Positions 39,377 to 49,403 of a stretch of DNA of 64,000 nt are shown here, piece after piece. Position numbers and translations under genes: made by a program. The notes below the pieces were generated by a model that saw only the letters and a list, made by a program, of their open reading frames with translations, did no database searches and was not told the DNA's origin. How positions within the stretch are numbered: position 1 is the stretch's first letter; every line of letters starts with the position of its first letter. Source of the DNA: Candidatus Woesearchaeota archaeon (GTDB lineage: Archaea; Nanobdellota; Nanobdellia; Pacearchaeales; GW2011-AR1); the NCBI GenBank assembly GCA_964566405.1, contig CAZMIN010000001.1:1755-65754 (forward strand), given 5' to 3'.

Positions 39377-40648
39377 TTATTTTTCTAAACGATCGTTAAA
39401 TTCACGAGCTATATTTGTCAGCATCAGTTTCTCTACTTCTTCCTTATTCTTAGTTTTTCCCAAGACCCAACCAAGTTTCACCAATGCGGTCTCTGCAAGC
39501 ATATCTTTTAGATAGATTATTCCCGTGCCTAAGAGTTCTCTTCCATTAGAATAAACGAGAGGATTTAGTCTTCCGTAAATAGTTTGAGCGGCAGCACAGA
39601 CTATCATTTTTTTCTGAACTTCTTTTAATTTCTTCGTCCAAGGTTTTCTCGCCCTCTTAGTCGGAGCATGCCCGAGACCAGACATCTCCAGAACAAGACC
39701 TTTGTATTTTTTCTTGAGATAATAATCTAATATATCAGGATCTTGACCAGGATAAACTTTTACCAGAGCGACTTTTTCCTCAAATTTTAAATCCAACTTC
39801 ACCCTTCCTTTTTTCCTAATGTTATAATCTGAAATCATTTCTATTTTATTTGAAAAAATTCTTGCAAATGGTTTTCCATTTACAACCTTAAAAGCATCTC
39901 TCCTAGAAGTATGAAGTTTTCTGACTTTAGTCCCAGGCATTGCATAACAATAATCATCATTTGAAGACGCGTGTCCTACAAGCATTACTTCTGCAATATC
40001 TGAAATCGCCGCCAAAGCACTGCACTGAAGATTCAGATTAGCATCGCTGCTCGCTCTATCAATGCTCCTCTGACTATAAGTCAAAACGACTGGTTTGTTC
40101 AGATTTTTCAGAAAAAAAGACAAGGCAGCAGAAGTGTAATGCAAAAAATCTGTTCCGTGAGTTATTATTATTCCTTTTATATTAGAATCATTCAAAAGTT
40201 TCTCTGCAACCCTAGCAATTTTTTGCCAGTCTTTAAAATCCATGTCTTCGGAAGCCTTTGTAAAAGGAACCTCCACTTTCACAACATTCACCCTATCAAA
40301 TATTCCCGGATAAAATTTAAACAAATTTTCAGGAGTATCTAACCAGTCAACCCCACCTTTCTTAGGATTTAACCGAGCAGCAATAGTTCCCCCTGTAATA
40401 ATCATTGCAATATTTGGTTTTTCTCCGTCTTTCTTTATCTCAATCTCTTCCTCTGTTTCTCTAGATTTTCGCTTTACTTTTATCTCGAGTACATCTTTTT
40501 TATTCAAACCAATATTATAACCAGAACCAAGTTTGAGTAAAACAATTCCCTTCTCAGACTCGGGACTCTCCAAAAGAATTCCCTCGTAAATGTACTTCGT
40601 CAGATGGATTTCAACCAAATCCCCCGAAGCAGCGGTGCTTTTCTTCAT
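39377..40648 (-). CDS. gatD: Glu-tRNA(Gln) amidotransferase subunit D
   Basis: KLGSGYNIG, TGGTIA, HGTD, SQRSIDRASSD, RKLHTSRRDAF. Confidence 0.95.
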   Translation of the reverse strand: MKKSTAASGDLVEIHLTKYIYEGILLESPESEKGIVLLKLGSGYNIGLNKKDVLEIKVKRKSRETEEEIEIKKDGEKPNIAMIITGGTIAARLNPKKGGVDWLDTPENLFKFYPGIFDRVNVVKVEVPFTKASEDMDFKDWQKIARVAEKLLNDSNIKGIIITHGTDFLHYTSAALSFFLKNLNKPVVLTYSQRSIDRASSDANLNLQCSALAAISDIAEVMLVGHASSNDDYCYAMPGTKVRKLHTSRRDAFKVVNGKPFARIFSNKIEMISDYNIRKKGRVKLDLKFEEKVALVKVYPGQDPDILDYYLKKKYKGLVLEMSGLGHAPTKRARKPWTKKLKEVQKKMIVCAAAQTIYGRLNPLVYSNGRELLGTGIIYLKDMLAETALVKLGWVLGKTKNKEEVEKLMLTNIAREFNDRLEK

Positions 40649-40686
40649 ATAAAAAATAATTCTGAGAGATATAAAAAACTATGGTT

Positions 40687-41808
40687 CTATTTTAGAAATT
40701 GCATCACCAATCCAAGGATAAAGATTAGACTCAAGAACCCTATGATGAGCCAATTCACAGGAAGTTTGTATTCTGGTTTTCTATTTCCTTTCTTCTTTGC
40801 TTTTTTAACCATGAATAAAATCAAAATAGCTATTAACCCCCCAGAAACAACACCCCCTAAGGAAATTATTTTAACGAAAGAGAAAAAACCAAGAAATTTA
40901 ACTGCTATAAAAATTAATATTGGGAGAAGGGCCGCAAACATCCAAGCATTCTTTTTCTTAAATCTCTCATCATACATCAAATTTTCCTGAAGAGCATTAC
41001 CTAATGTAAGATAAGATGTAAACATGGTAAGAATACCCAAAAGAATAAAAATTCCGCCAAGGCTCAAAGTAGCTATTTCAGGTGTATCCATTCCCTTAAC
41101 TCCAACGACAACAAGGGTGAATAAAATATAAAATGTCATTGAAATAAAAGAGCCCGTCATTAGTACTTTCTTCATGATTTTTTCATTTCCATGAAGAATC
41201 ATGCCAACCTGAGGGATTGCATAGAACGACATAAGGGAAAAAAGAATGATTCCAAAAGGCAGAAAAAAGCTTCCAGAATTAAAAGAATATAAATTAGCAA
41301 GATTTATATCTCTAAAAAAGACGACTATAATCAGAACAAGCAAAATTAAAATTATCGTTACACCCAGTTTTTCAAATTTTTTCAAGGCCTTGAGCCCCCT
41401 CCAGAACAATCCAGACATACCCAATCCAAACAAAACCCCTAAAAGAAGAGAACTATTAGAATTTCCAAAAAATAAAAAACTTAAACTCTCACCAATTCCA
41501 ACCATATAAGCGACAATAGCAGCATAAACTCCAAAAAATATCGCAAACTCGAGAGCAAGTTCTGCCTTTCTTCCAAGATATTTCTTACCATAACCCGCGA
41601 CCTGGTGCTTTCCTTTTGTTCTAAGGATAACCTCTCCAAAATAAAGATTAATCAGAATTATTATCATTCCTAATATAACTATATAACCAAGGACCACAAA
41701 AAATCCTGTCTGGGCTGCGGCATAAGGAATTCCCAACCCCCCTGCACCGATAGTGCTTCCTACTAATATTGAAACAGCTGTCCAGAACCTCTTTTTTTTT
41801 GCATCCAT
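40687..41808 (-). CDS. Amino-acid permease (aromatic amino acid/APC-like)
   Basis: GSTIGAGGLGIPY; about 11 TM segments. Confidence 0.85.
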   Translation of the reverse strand: MDAKKKRFWTAVSILVGSTIGAGGLGIPYAAAQTGFFVVLGYIVILGMIIILINLYFGEVILRTKGKHQVAGYGKKYLGRKAELALEFAIFFGVYAAIVAYMVGIGESLSFLFFGNSNSSLLLGVLFGLGMSGLFWRGLKALKKFEKLGVTIILILLVLIIVVFFRDINLANLYSFNSGSFFLPFGIILFSLMSFYAIPQVGMILHGNEKIMKKVLMTGSFISMTFYILFTLVVVGVKGMDTPEIATLSLGGIFILLGILTMFTSYLTLGNALQENLMYDERFKKKNAWMFAALLPILIFIAVKFLGFFSFVKIISLGGVVSGGLIAILILFMVKKAKKKGNRKPEYKLPVNWLIIGFLSLIFILGLVMQFLK

Positions 41809-41857
41809 CTTTCAAATAAGGTCCGGAACTTCGTGCGAATCTCCAAACCAAAGTTTA

Positions 41858-41929
41858 TAGGCTCGGAGGGATTCGAACCCTCATCGACCGGGCCGAAACC
41901 GGACATTCTATCCATTGAACTACGAACCT
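41858..41929 (-). tRNA. tRNA-Arg(TCG)
   Basis: Acceptor AGGTTCG/CGAGCCT; loop TT-TCG-GC; A20 Arg identity element; T-arm GAGGG-TTCGAAT-CCCTC. Confidence 0.88.
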
Positions 41930-42021
41930 ATGGTAAAGCATCTGATTTTAGATTTAAAATACCTTTCTTTTATTAAAAGTTACCTTTTTATATCTTGATA
42001 TTTCTTTAACAAAGTGTAAAG

Positions 42022-42723
42022 ATGGTGAGTTTTCAATATACTTATTTAATAGGGGTTATGATAGTCTTAACATTATGGCTAATCTTATTTTTATATAGAA
42101 AAGATACGAGAAAAGAAATGTTGATTATCTCTTTATTTTTTGGAGTTGCGGGTAGTCTCGTAGAAATGATACATGTTTTAGATTGGTGGAGACCACTAAC
42201 AATAACAAATACCACTGTTGGAATTGAAGATTTTCTTTTTGGATTTGGGATAGGAGGGATTGCTTCAGTTATCTATGAACACTTATTCAATAAAAGAGTT
42301 AAGATAAAAAAAGTTAAAGAAATAAAAGAGCAAAAAAGAAATATTAATTTTTTATTTTTACTTGCTTTATTATTTATCCTCTTCTTCGGAGGATTTTTTA
42401 TTTTTAATCTAAACAGTTTCGAAGCCATGTTACTTTCTTTCATCATACCAATATTAATAATTTATATAAAAAGAAAAGATTTGATAAAAGACTCCTTGGT
42501 CTCTGGTATGTTAGTTCTAATAGCATCTATTATTGGATATAGCATTTTGAATTTAATAACTCCCGGATTCTTCGACGAATTCTGGCTCTTCCAAAATATT
42601 GGTAGAGTAATGGTTTTAGGAATACCTTTAGAAGAACACATCTTCTACTTCTTAGCAGGGGCGTTACTAGGCCCCCTCTACGAATACTGGAAAGAAGGAA
42701 AATTAATAAACGTAAAAAACTAA
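42022..42723 (+). CDS. Membrane protein, lycopene-cyclase-domain-like duplication
   Basis: Two repeats W...G(I/V)(G/P)(I/L)E(D/E)..F...G....YE. Confidence 0.65.
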   Translation: MVSFQYTYLIGVMIVLTLWLILFLYRKDTRKEMLIISLFFGVAGSLVEMIHVLDWWRPLTITNTTVGIEDFLFGFGIGGIASVIYEHLFNKRVKIKKVKEIKEQKRNINFLFLLALLFILFFGGFFIFNLNSFEAMLLSFIIPILIIYIKRKDLIKDSLVSGMLVLIASIIGYSILNLITPGFFDEFWLFQNIGRVMVLGIPLEEHIFYFLAGALLGPLYEYWKEGKLINVKN

Positions 42724-42731
42724 TTAATAAA

Positions 42732-43595
42732 ATGGCTTTAAAGAGACATCACAAGTGGTTAATAGGAAGTTTCAGCTCATTGACAATAATCTTCATGATA
42801 ACCATCGGTGTTTTCACATATATGATTTTTGTAAAACAAGAACTCAACTACAATCTATTAGACCAGAGAATAATTAACCTGCAGACAGAAACACAGAGCA
42901 ATGTAAACACAATAACAGAAAATATAATCCAAACCCGGGAAGAATTAAATTCTCTAAACTCTGAATTTGGTATGATAGGGGAAGAATTTAACCTTCTAAA
43001 GGCAACCGCGGGAGATGATTTCTCAGGTATAATCAATGAAGCAATAAAATCAGTGGTTTCTATAAGGACAGGTGCCGGACAAGGAACAGGATTTATCATC
43101 ACCAACGACGGATATATTGTAACAAATGCCCATGTTCTGAGAGGAGGAAGCGATATTCAGTCAATAACCTATGAATCAGAGATGATAGAAACAGAATTCA
43201 TAGGACAGGACCTTATTCTAGATATTGCTCTTCTAAAAATTCCGGGAAATCCTGTTGTTTTAGATTTTGGAGATTCAGATGATATACAAATAGGAGAAAA
43301 AGTAATTGCAATTGGTAATCCACTAGGACTTTCATTCACAGTCACAGGAGGAATAATCTCTGCAGTGAACAGAATAGGACCCAATGGATTAGATGCTTAT
43401 ATTCAGACAGATGCTGCTTTAAATCCAGGAAACTCAGGAGGTCCACTCATTAATAAAAAGGGAAAAGTCATAGGAATAAACAATTTCAAGGCAGGAGAAG
43501 GAAGTGAAAACATTGGATTTGCATTGGAATCAAATTATATAATAGATGCTGTCAATGGTATTGCTATGGAAGAAATAGGAAGAGATCTAATCTAA
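42732..43595 (+). CDS. Membrane-anchored S1C (HtrA-like) serine protease without PDZ
   Basis: TNAHV, DIALLK, QTDAALNPGNSGGPL; N-terminal TM and coiled coil. Confidence 0.92.
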   Translation: MALKRHHKWLIGSFSSLTIIFMITIGVFTYMIFVKQELNYNLLDQRIINLQTETQSNVNTITENIIQTREELNSLNSEFGMIGEEFNLLKATAGDDFSGIINEAIKSVVSIRTGAGQGTGFIITNDGYIVTNAHVLRGGSDIQSITYESEMIETEFIGQDLILDIALLKIPGNPVVLDFGDSDDIQIGEKVIAIGNPLGLSFTVTGGIISAVNRIGPNGLDAYIQTDAALNPGNSGGPLINKKGKVIGINNFKAGEGSENIGFALESNYIIDAVNGIAMEEIGRDLI

Positions 43596-43596
43596 A

Positions 43597-45039
43597 ATGC
43601 AGAAAAAAACACGAGGATTAACAGCAAAAAAAGAAGAAAACTTCAGCGAATGGTACAGCAAGATTATTGATAAGGCGGAAATAGTCGACCTAAGATTAGG
43701 AATTAAGGGATTCATAGTGATAAGACCGTGGGGAGCTTCTGTAATAGAAAAAATATACAACCTCTATGAAGAAGAGCTTCAGAAAAAAGGACATAAACTA
43801 ACAATCATGCCTTCTGTTATCCCTGAATCAAACCTAAAAAAAGAAGCCAGCCATATTAGAGGATTTACTCCAGAAGTTTTTTGGCTTCAGACAGAGAAAG
43901 GAGAAGAAAAATTAGCATTAAGGCCAACGAGTGAAACCCTCTATACCCCTATGTTCGCTCTTTGGATAAGAAGCCACAGAGATCTTCCTTTAAAATTATA
44001 TCAAAAAGGCTCTGTCTTTAGGTATGACACAAAAGCAACCCGTCCATTGATTAGAGGAAGAGAATTCAACTGGATAGAGGCACACGATGCATTTGCGACA
44101 AAAAAAGAGGCAGAAGCACAAGTTCAGGAAGATATTCGGATGACAGAGAATGTCATGCACCAGGAATTAGGGATTCCATTTCTACCTATAAAAAGACCTG
44201 AATGGGATAAATTCGCAGGAGCAGAATACACGATAGGTTCAGATGTATTAATGCCGGATGGAAAACTCATACAGCAACCATCTACCCATCTGATGGGACA
44301 AAAATTTTCAAAGGCATTCAACGCCAAGTTCAAAAATAAAGAAGGAAAAGAAGATTATATATGGACTACAGCCTATGGTCCCGCCATGTCGAGAATTCTG
44401 GTCTCTGTTATCTCTACCCACGGAGACGACAAAGGTCTGGTCCTTCCTTTCCAACTTTCACCAATACAAATCGTGATAGTCCCTATCTATACTAAAAAGA
44501 ATAAAGCAAAAATCATGAAGTATTCCAGAGGTATTAAAAATAAATTAAAAAAATACAGGGTGGAGATTGATGAGAGAGAATACAGCCCCGGGTGGAAATT
44601 TAATGAATGGGAACTAAAGGGTGTTCCATTTAGAGTAGAAATAGGAGAAAAAGAGATAAAAACAAAATCATTGACTCTTTTTACCAGAGACACCGGAAAA
44701 AAAGAAAATCTAAAAATCTCAAATCTGGGTAAATTATCCAAACTAGGAAAGAATTACGATTCTAGATTATTAAAAAAAGCGGAAAAATTCCTAAAGAGCA
44801 GAATAATCAACTGTAAAACAAAAGAACAGGTAAAAAAAGCCATGAAAGAAGGAAAAATAGCGAGGGTAAACTGGTGTTCTCTGGATAAAGATGGTTTAAA
44901 ATGTGCGGAGCATGTTGAAAAAGAGATAAACGCAGAAGTCCGTGGAAGTCTCGCGAACAAAAGAGAAAAACCTAGCGGAAAATGTATAGTCTGTGGAAGA
45001 AGTGCAAAAGAAGTCGTATACGTTGCTAAGAGCTATTAA
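43597..45039 (+). CDS. proS: Prolyl-tRNA synthetase, archaeal/eukaryal type
   Basis: FSEWY, LRPTSET, RGREF.W.EAH, HGDDKGLVLP, C-terminal AKSY. Confidence 0.96.
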   Translation: MQKKTRGLTAKKEENFSEWYSKIIDKAEIVDLRLGIKGFIVIRPWGASVIEKIYNLYEEELQKKGHKLTIMPSVIPESNLKKEASHIRGFTPEVFWLQTEKGEEKLALRPTSETLYTPMFALWIRSHRDLPLKLYQKGSVFRYDTKATRPLIRGREFNWIEAHDAFATKKEAEAQVQEDIRMTENVMHQELGIPFLPIKRPEWDKFAGAEYTIGSDVLMPDGKLIQQPSTHLMGQKFSKAFNAKFKNKEGKEDYIWTTAYGPAMSRILVSVISTHGDDKGLVLPFQLSPIQIVIVPIYTKKNKAKIMKYSRGIKNKLKKYRVEIDEREYSPGWKFNEWELKGVPFRVEIGEKEIKTKSLTLFTRDTGKKENLKISNLGKLSKLGKNYDSRLLKKAEKFLKSRIINCKTKEQVKKAMKEGKIARVNWCSLDKDGLKCAEHVEKEINAEVRGSLANKREKPSGKCIVCGRSAKEVVYVAKSY

Positions 45040-45410
45040 GAATCAAATCTTATTCAAATTTAAGTTATTGTTCTGATTGAACTACCATGCTTAACTCGTG
45101 CTCCATCCTAAGAGTTATATCCATCAACAAGTTAAGTTCCCGTTCTACCAAAACCCCTTCACTTATTTCCAGTACGGCTTCCATTGTTTTTTGTAAGCCC
45201 ACAATAAAATCAAAGCCCTTTCAAACCCAAATCAATTTAGAAATCCCCTTGCAATTCAACTCAAATCCGAAAGAACAATGAATTAAATTGAGGGTTTTAT
45301 ATTGTTTTTAATTACAGCATAAACTATGCCTGTAATCTTTGTATTGAGATTAAGCCACGACATAGTTTGCATTCGAAAGTTAAGAAAAAGTGGTTTTTAT
45401 ATCTTTCTCT

Positions 45411-46460
45411 CTATTTCTTAGTGATTAAATTTTCTAGAGTTTCCCTAAATTTTTCTAAATCTTCCATATTTATCTGTCCACCGACAGCATTTTCATGCCC
45501 TCCCCCACCTGCCCCTTCAAGCCCTTCAATAGATTTAGACAGCAATTTTAGCACATGCTCACCCCTCATAGAAATATTGATTTTTACTCCCTTAAGATAA
45601 GCCACCACGATTATTTTATCAGGAAACAGATACATTAATTCGTTAGCTATTCCTGCGCTTATACTGGTATCTCCCCCGTACTGGAAGAATAATAGTTCCT
45701 TTTTGTTTTTTCCGATAGCAATGGCTTTTTTCAAAAGTTTTTGTTCATAAGAACTAATCTGATTAAACCTGGAATGCATTGTAAAATTCTTATTCGTCTC
45801 TTCTAAAACCTCAAAAGGAGTTTTAACCTTCATCAAAAATTTCAACATATTTATCACATTAGTGGTTCTATCTTTTAAACCAGCCCCAAAAATTTTTGCT
45901 ATTTTTCCTATCTGGGATTTATAAAATATATCGTAAGGTTTTTTCGATTTTATAGTAAGCTCTGGATACTTTTTCTCAAAGTCTGGATAAAATTCAGGGA
46001 AAAATCCATCAGATATACACCCCACAACAGCAATCCAAACATCTTCTTTTTTGCCTGTTATCTGATAACAAAGGGCTGTGACGGGTTCGTTAGTTTTATG
46101 TTTGTTGAAGACAGGATTATAGTAATTAACAAAAGAAGGTACATCTTCCTTATCGATTTGGTGGTGGTCTATCCAAACCACAGGAACATTCACCTGATCA
46201 ATTTTTTCTAAAAAACCCCCTGAAACAACTGGTTTATCTAGGATAAAAACATAATCCGCATCCAGCTCTTTTATCCTCCTGAAATATTCAGGGATTAAAT
46301 CAGGAAAAGATTTTATCGGAATTCCCTTCCCCCTCCCAATATATCTCTGCAGCAAAAGAAAGGAACACAATCCATCCTGATCATTATCAAAAAAGAATAA
46401 AGGATTTTGAGCTTTATTCAGATGTTCTTTAATTTCTTCAACTTGTTTTTTAGTCAGCAT
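45411..46460 (-). CDS. DHH/DHHA1 phosphoesterase (RecJ/NrnA-like)
   Basis: DNDQDG, IDHH, SMR, GGGHENAVG. Confidence 0.88.
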   Translation of the reverse strand: MLTKKQVEEIKEHLNKAQNPLFFFDNDQDGLCSFLLLQRYIGRGKGIPIKSFPDLIPEYFRRIKELDADYVFILDKPVVSGGFLEKIDQVNVPVVWIDHHQIDKEDVPSFVNYYNPVFNKHKTNEPVTALCYQITGKKEDVWIAVVGCISDGFFPEFYPDFEKKYPELTIKSKKPYDIFYKSQIGKIAKIFGAGLKDRTTNVINMLKFLMKVKTPFEVLEETNKNFTMHSRFNQISSYEQKLLKKAIAIGKNKKELLFFQYGGDTSISAGIANELMYLFPDKIIVVAYLKGVKINISMRGEHVLKLLSKSIEGLEGAGGGGHENAVGGQINMEDLEKFRETLENLITKK

Positions 46461-46484
46461 CTTTTAAAATAAGAATAGAAGTAT

Positions 46485-47501
46485 TTAAGATTTCGCAAAA
46501 GTCTTAGCAACCAGAAAGGGGAAGAGAAGTATTGCATCCCCATAAACTTTAATTCTTTCAGCGCCAGGCAAAATTTTTCCCCACGACACGGCCTCCTCTG
46601 GCAAAGCCCCTGAATCACTTCCGTCAGCCTCCATAGAGTTATTTATATAAACCGCATAATCTGCCCCGTTGCGAAACATATTAGCATTGCAGACGTGGTG
46701 TTTGATTGGACCAGAACCCAAAATTATCATTCCTGTCTTCTTTTTCCCAAGAGTGCTATTGTTAATTCTAAAAATATCCTCTGCAACATCAACCTTAAAA
46801 TCTGGATTTTTTGATTTGAAAAAATAAATCATGTCTCCTAGGCTTCCATCTGTAATTGTAGGACAAAAAACAGGAATTTTGTTTTTCCAACACCAATAAT
46901 AAATAGATTTTTCATCATTAATTTCCTCCCCAAGTTTCCAAACCAGATCACTAGGTGTTACAACCTTCCCTGTCTGTTTCTGCTCCTCGTAAAGTTTTTC
47001 CAGAATTGGAATCATAAAATCCTCAAAATCACAATATCTTGAGTTTGGAATAAAGATATTCCCCGCCCTGTTTATTCCCTTCTCCCTTAATTTTTTTCCG
47101 TCTGCACGGAAATCCCCTAAGATAAAATCCCCCAAACATTTTATTATATCCTCTTCAATTCCTCCTGCAGTAGTTACCAAAACATTTACTTTTTTATGCT
47201 GAGCGAGCCACTTAAAAATATCCCTCATTCCAGAGGTTACCATATTTGAAGTATATGCAAGATAGATAAAAGCTTTTTCAGAAATCATTCTCTCAATGAT
47301 TTTGATGGCTTTAAAAAAATTATCAGCCTGCATCCCTGTAGTTTCAAAACTATCCAAAATTTTTTCATAATCAACACCCTGATTAAAATCATATCCTTTG
47401 ATAACAATTCCTTCTGCTTCTTCCGAGCGCCTTAAAATGTTTTCCCGCGCAATCTCTTCCTTTAACTTGGCCACGCTTGGACGAGTTTCTTTTTCTTCCA
47501 T
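46485..47501 (-). CDS. dys: Deoxyhypusine synthase
   Basis: YTSNMV, TTAGGIEED, TDGSLGD, KHH, DGSDSGA.PEEAVSWGKI. Confidence 0.95.
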   Translation of the reverse strand: MEEKETRPSVAKLKEEIARENILRRSEEAEGIVIKGYDFNQGVDYEKILDSFETTGMQADNFFKAIKIIERMISEKAFIYLAYTSNMVTSGMRDIFKWLAQHKKVNVLVTTAGGIEEDIIKCLGDFILGDFRADGKKLREKGINRAGNIFIPNSRYCDFEDFMIPILEKLYEEQKQTGKVVTPSDLVWKLGEEINDEKSIYYWCWKNKIPVFCPTITDGSLGDMIYFFKSKNPDFKVDVAEDIFRINNSTLGKKKTGMIILGSGPIKHHVCNANMFRNGADYAVYINNSMEADGSDSGALPEEAVSWGKILPGAERIKVYGDAILLFPFLVAKTFAKS

Positions 47502-47583
47502 GAGCATTTGTAAAAACATGATTTTAAAAAAGTATGTGTTTCTTCAACATAATCTTTTTAAACAGAATCCAACTGGTAAAATT

Positions 47584-47799
47584 ATGAATAAATGGTTAGA
47601 ACTCTTGATAGGATTAATCTTGTTAATAGGAGTAATTTTAGTGGCTTGGTCTTCTTCGGCATACTCTTGGGTATTGTTTGGTAGAGATCTTAATTTCCTG
47701 CATGCGGCATGGATTCTTCTTAAGGGAGGGGTATTTTGGTTCATTACAATGATTGCCCTAATTCTTATTCTTCTGGGAATCAACGACCTTAGAGAATAA
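47584..47799 (+). CDS. Small membrane protein (2 TM)
   Basis: MNKWLELLIGLILL...GINDLRE. Confidence 0.7.
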   Translation: MNKWLELLIGLILLIGVILVAWSSSAYSWVLFGRDLNFLHAAWILLKGGVFWFITMIALILILLGINDLRE

Positions 47800-47879
47800 A
47801 TTTCAATCTAAGAGACAGATAATTCTAAGTAGTTTATACTAGAATAAATTAAAAAAATAAAAAATAAAAATTCAAAAAG

Positions 47880-48011
47880 TTATTTAAGAAGTAATCCCAC
47901 TATTGCTGCTACTACTCCACCAACGACGTCCAGCCAAAAACCAGGCACCCAGTGACCAACTGCTGCAGCTAGACCAGCAATAACAATAACCCACTTCATC
48001 CAAGCTTCCAT
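47880..48011 (-). CDS. 43-aa hydrophobic hairpin peptide, not in ORF track
   Basis: MEAWMKWVIVIAGLAAAVGHWVPGFWLDVVGGVVAAIVGLLLK; AGGAGGT SD; T-rich terminator-like tract downstream. Confidence 0.8.
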   Translation of the reverse strand: MEAWMKWVIVIAGLAAAVGHWVPGFWLDVVGGVVAAIVGLLLK

Positions 48012-48025
48012 ATTAACCTCCTTTT

Positions 48026-48055
48026 TTAATTTAATTTAATTTAATTTAATTTAAT
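48026..48055. repeat. (TTAAT)6 tandem repeat
   Basis: Six perfect pentamers upstream of the SD of the 43-aa gene. Confidence 0.85.
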
Positions 48056-48096
48056 AAAAATATTAGTAAAATATAGTATATAAAACTATCTCATAT

Positions 48097-48699
48097 TTAT
48101 CGAAATAAAAAAATAAAACTTCCTTCTATAATCGCTGCGATAATTAAAAGAGGTATAATCACAAACAAAAAAACCCTAAAGGATTCCCAAACATATCTTT
48201 GAAGAGATTTCAGTTTATTTTTTTGAAAGATAAACACCCCTAATCTAAGACCCAGACCAAGGGAAATGAAGAGCGCTGGAATCTCCAAAATTCCATGGGG
48301 AACCAACCTCCACAGAATTGAGATACCCTGACTCTGCACACTCTCTGCCGCAACAAAGCCCAAAAGATAACCATTAGCAACAACAGATATCAAAGGAAAA
48401 ATTCCCAGCAATATACCAAAAATCATTCCAAAAAAACTCCCTTGGATATTATTAAGAAATATGAATTTTATCAATTCTCCAGAGGACATTCCTTCTGTTT
48501 TTCTTAAAAGCTCCCCTATAAACTCCATGATATAGGCAGAGATGTTTTCAGGAACAGGAAAGAAAAATCCGAGTATAACAAAAAAGAAGAATAAAATTAT
48601 TATAGAATAGATAAAATGTCTCGATTCTTTTATATATTTCCAACTCTGAATATAGTTTTCTTTAAAAAAATTCTTTTTGTTTTTTTGTTTTTTCCTCAT
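48097..48699 (-). CDS. SpoIIM (DUF95) family membrane protein
   Basis: IFLNN, NGYLLG, LVPHGILEIPA, IAAIIEG. Confidence 0.9.
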   Translation of the reverse strand: MRKKQKNKKNFFKENYIQSWKYIKESRHFIYSIIILFFFFVILGFFFPVPENISAYIMEFIGELLRKTEGMSSGELIKFIFLNNIQGSFFGMIFGILLGIFPLISVVANGYLLGFVAAESVQSQGISILWRLVPHGILEIPALFISLGLGLRLGVFIFQKNKLKSLQRYVWESFRVFLFVIIPLLIIAAIIEGSFIFLFR

Positions 48700-48701
48700 T
48701 T

Positions 48702-49397
48702 TTATCTAAAATGCCTGCTTAACATCTGAATCTTTCGGGGGTATTTTTTTCTTAAATATAATCCATAAGCCAATCCTGTAAGAAGACCCCCTAAATGGGC
48801 TGTATTTCCTATTGGAACATTGCCTACCCGAGAAATCAACCAGAGAACAACCAGAATTCCTGGTGCAGCATATTTCATTTTTATAGGAATTGGAATAAAC
48901 ATTAAATAAACAGAAAGGTTTGGTGTTAATAACATCAATAAGCCAACAAGACCAAACAATGCCCCTGAAGCCCCGACTGCAAAAATGTTTGGGTCTCCAG
49001 AAAAGATTAAGGAAGAGAAAACAAAAAGTAATCCTGCGAGTAATCCAGATATTAGATAAAAAGAAAGGTATCTCTTAGCCCCTAATATTTTCTCTACTAG
49101 AGAACCTATGAAGAATAGGGAAAACATGTTCGCGAAAATATGAAAAAGTCCTCCGTGCATAAACATGCTCGTGATAAAAGTCCATAGATATTTTCCCTGG
49201 AGAATGTTGGTTGGTTTTAATGCTATATAATTATAAACAAGTTCCAAACCGGAAATATCAGAAATCCCTAAAAAGACAAGATAGATTCTGAACAAGACAA
49301 ACGCGGCCACATTTATAAGAATCAGTGTAAGTGTTACACTAAGATTTCCAAAAATACTTCTTTTTCTTCTAGAAGAAATCCTATAAACTCCAACCAT
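48702..49397 (-). CDS. Rhomboid intramembrane serine protease
   Basis: TSMFMH..HIFANM, GASGA, AHLGG. Confidence 0.94.
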   Translation of the reverse strand: MVGVYRISSRRKRSIFGNLSVTLTLILINVAAFVLFRIYLVFLGISDISGLELVYNYIALKPTNILQGKYLWTFITSMFMHGGLFHIFANMFSLFFIGSLVEKILGAKRYLSFYLISGLLAGLLFVFSSLIFSGDPNIFAVGASGALFGLVGLLMLLTPNLSVYLMFIPIPIKMKYAAPGILVVLWLISRVGNVPIGNTAHLGGLLTGLAYGLYLRKKYPRKIQMLSRHFR

Positions 49398-49403
49398 TAA
49401 AAA

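Noticed and set aside
41809..41857. Weak hairpin between tRNA-Arg and the permease gene
   Set aside because: Imperfect stem; insufficient evidence for an att site or regulatory RNA.
45040..45410. 370-bp gap between proS and the DHH gene, including ORF 45087-45281 and short minus-strand frames
   Set aside because: All frames are short or stop-ridden with no recognisable motif or RNA structure; it may be a decayed gene but this cannot be supported.
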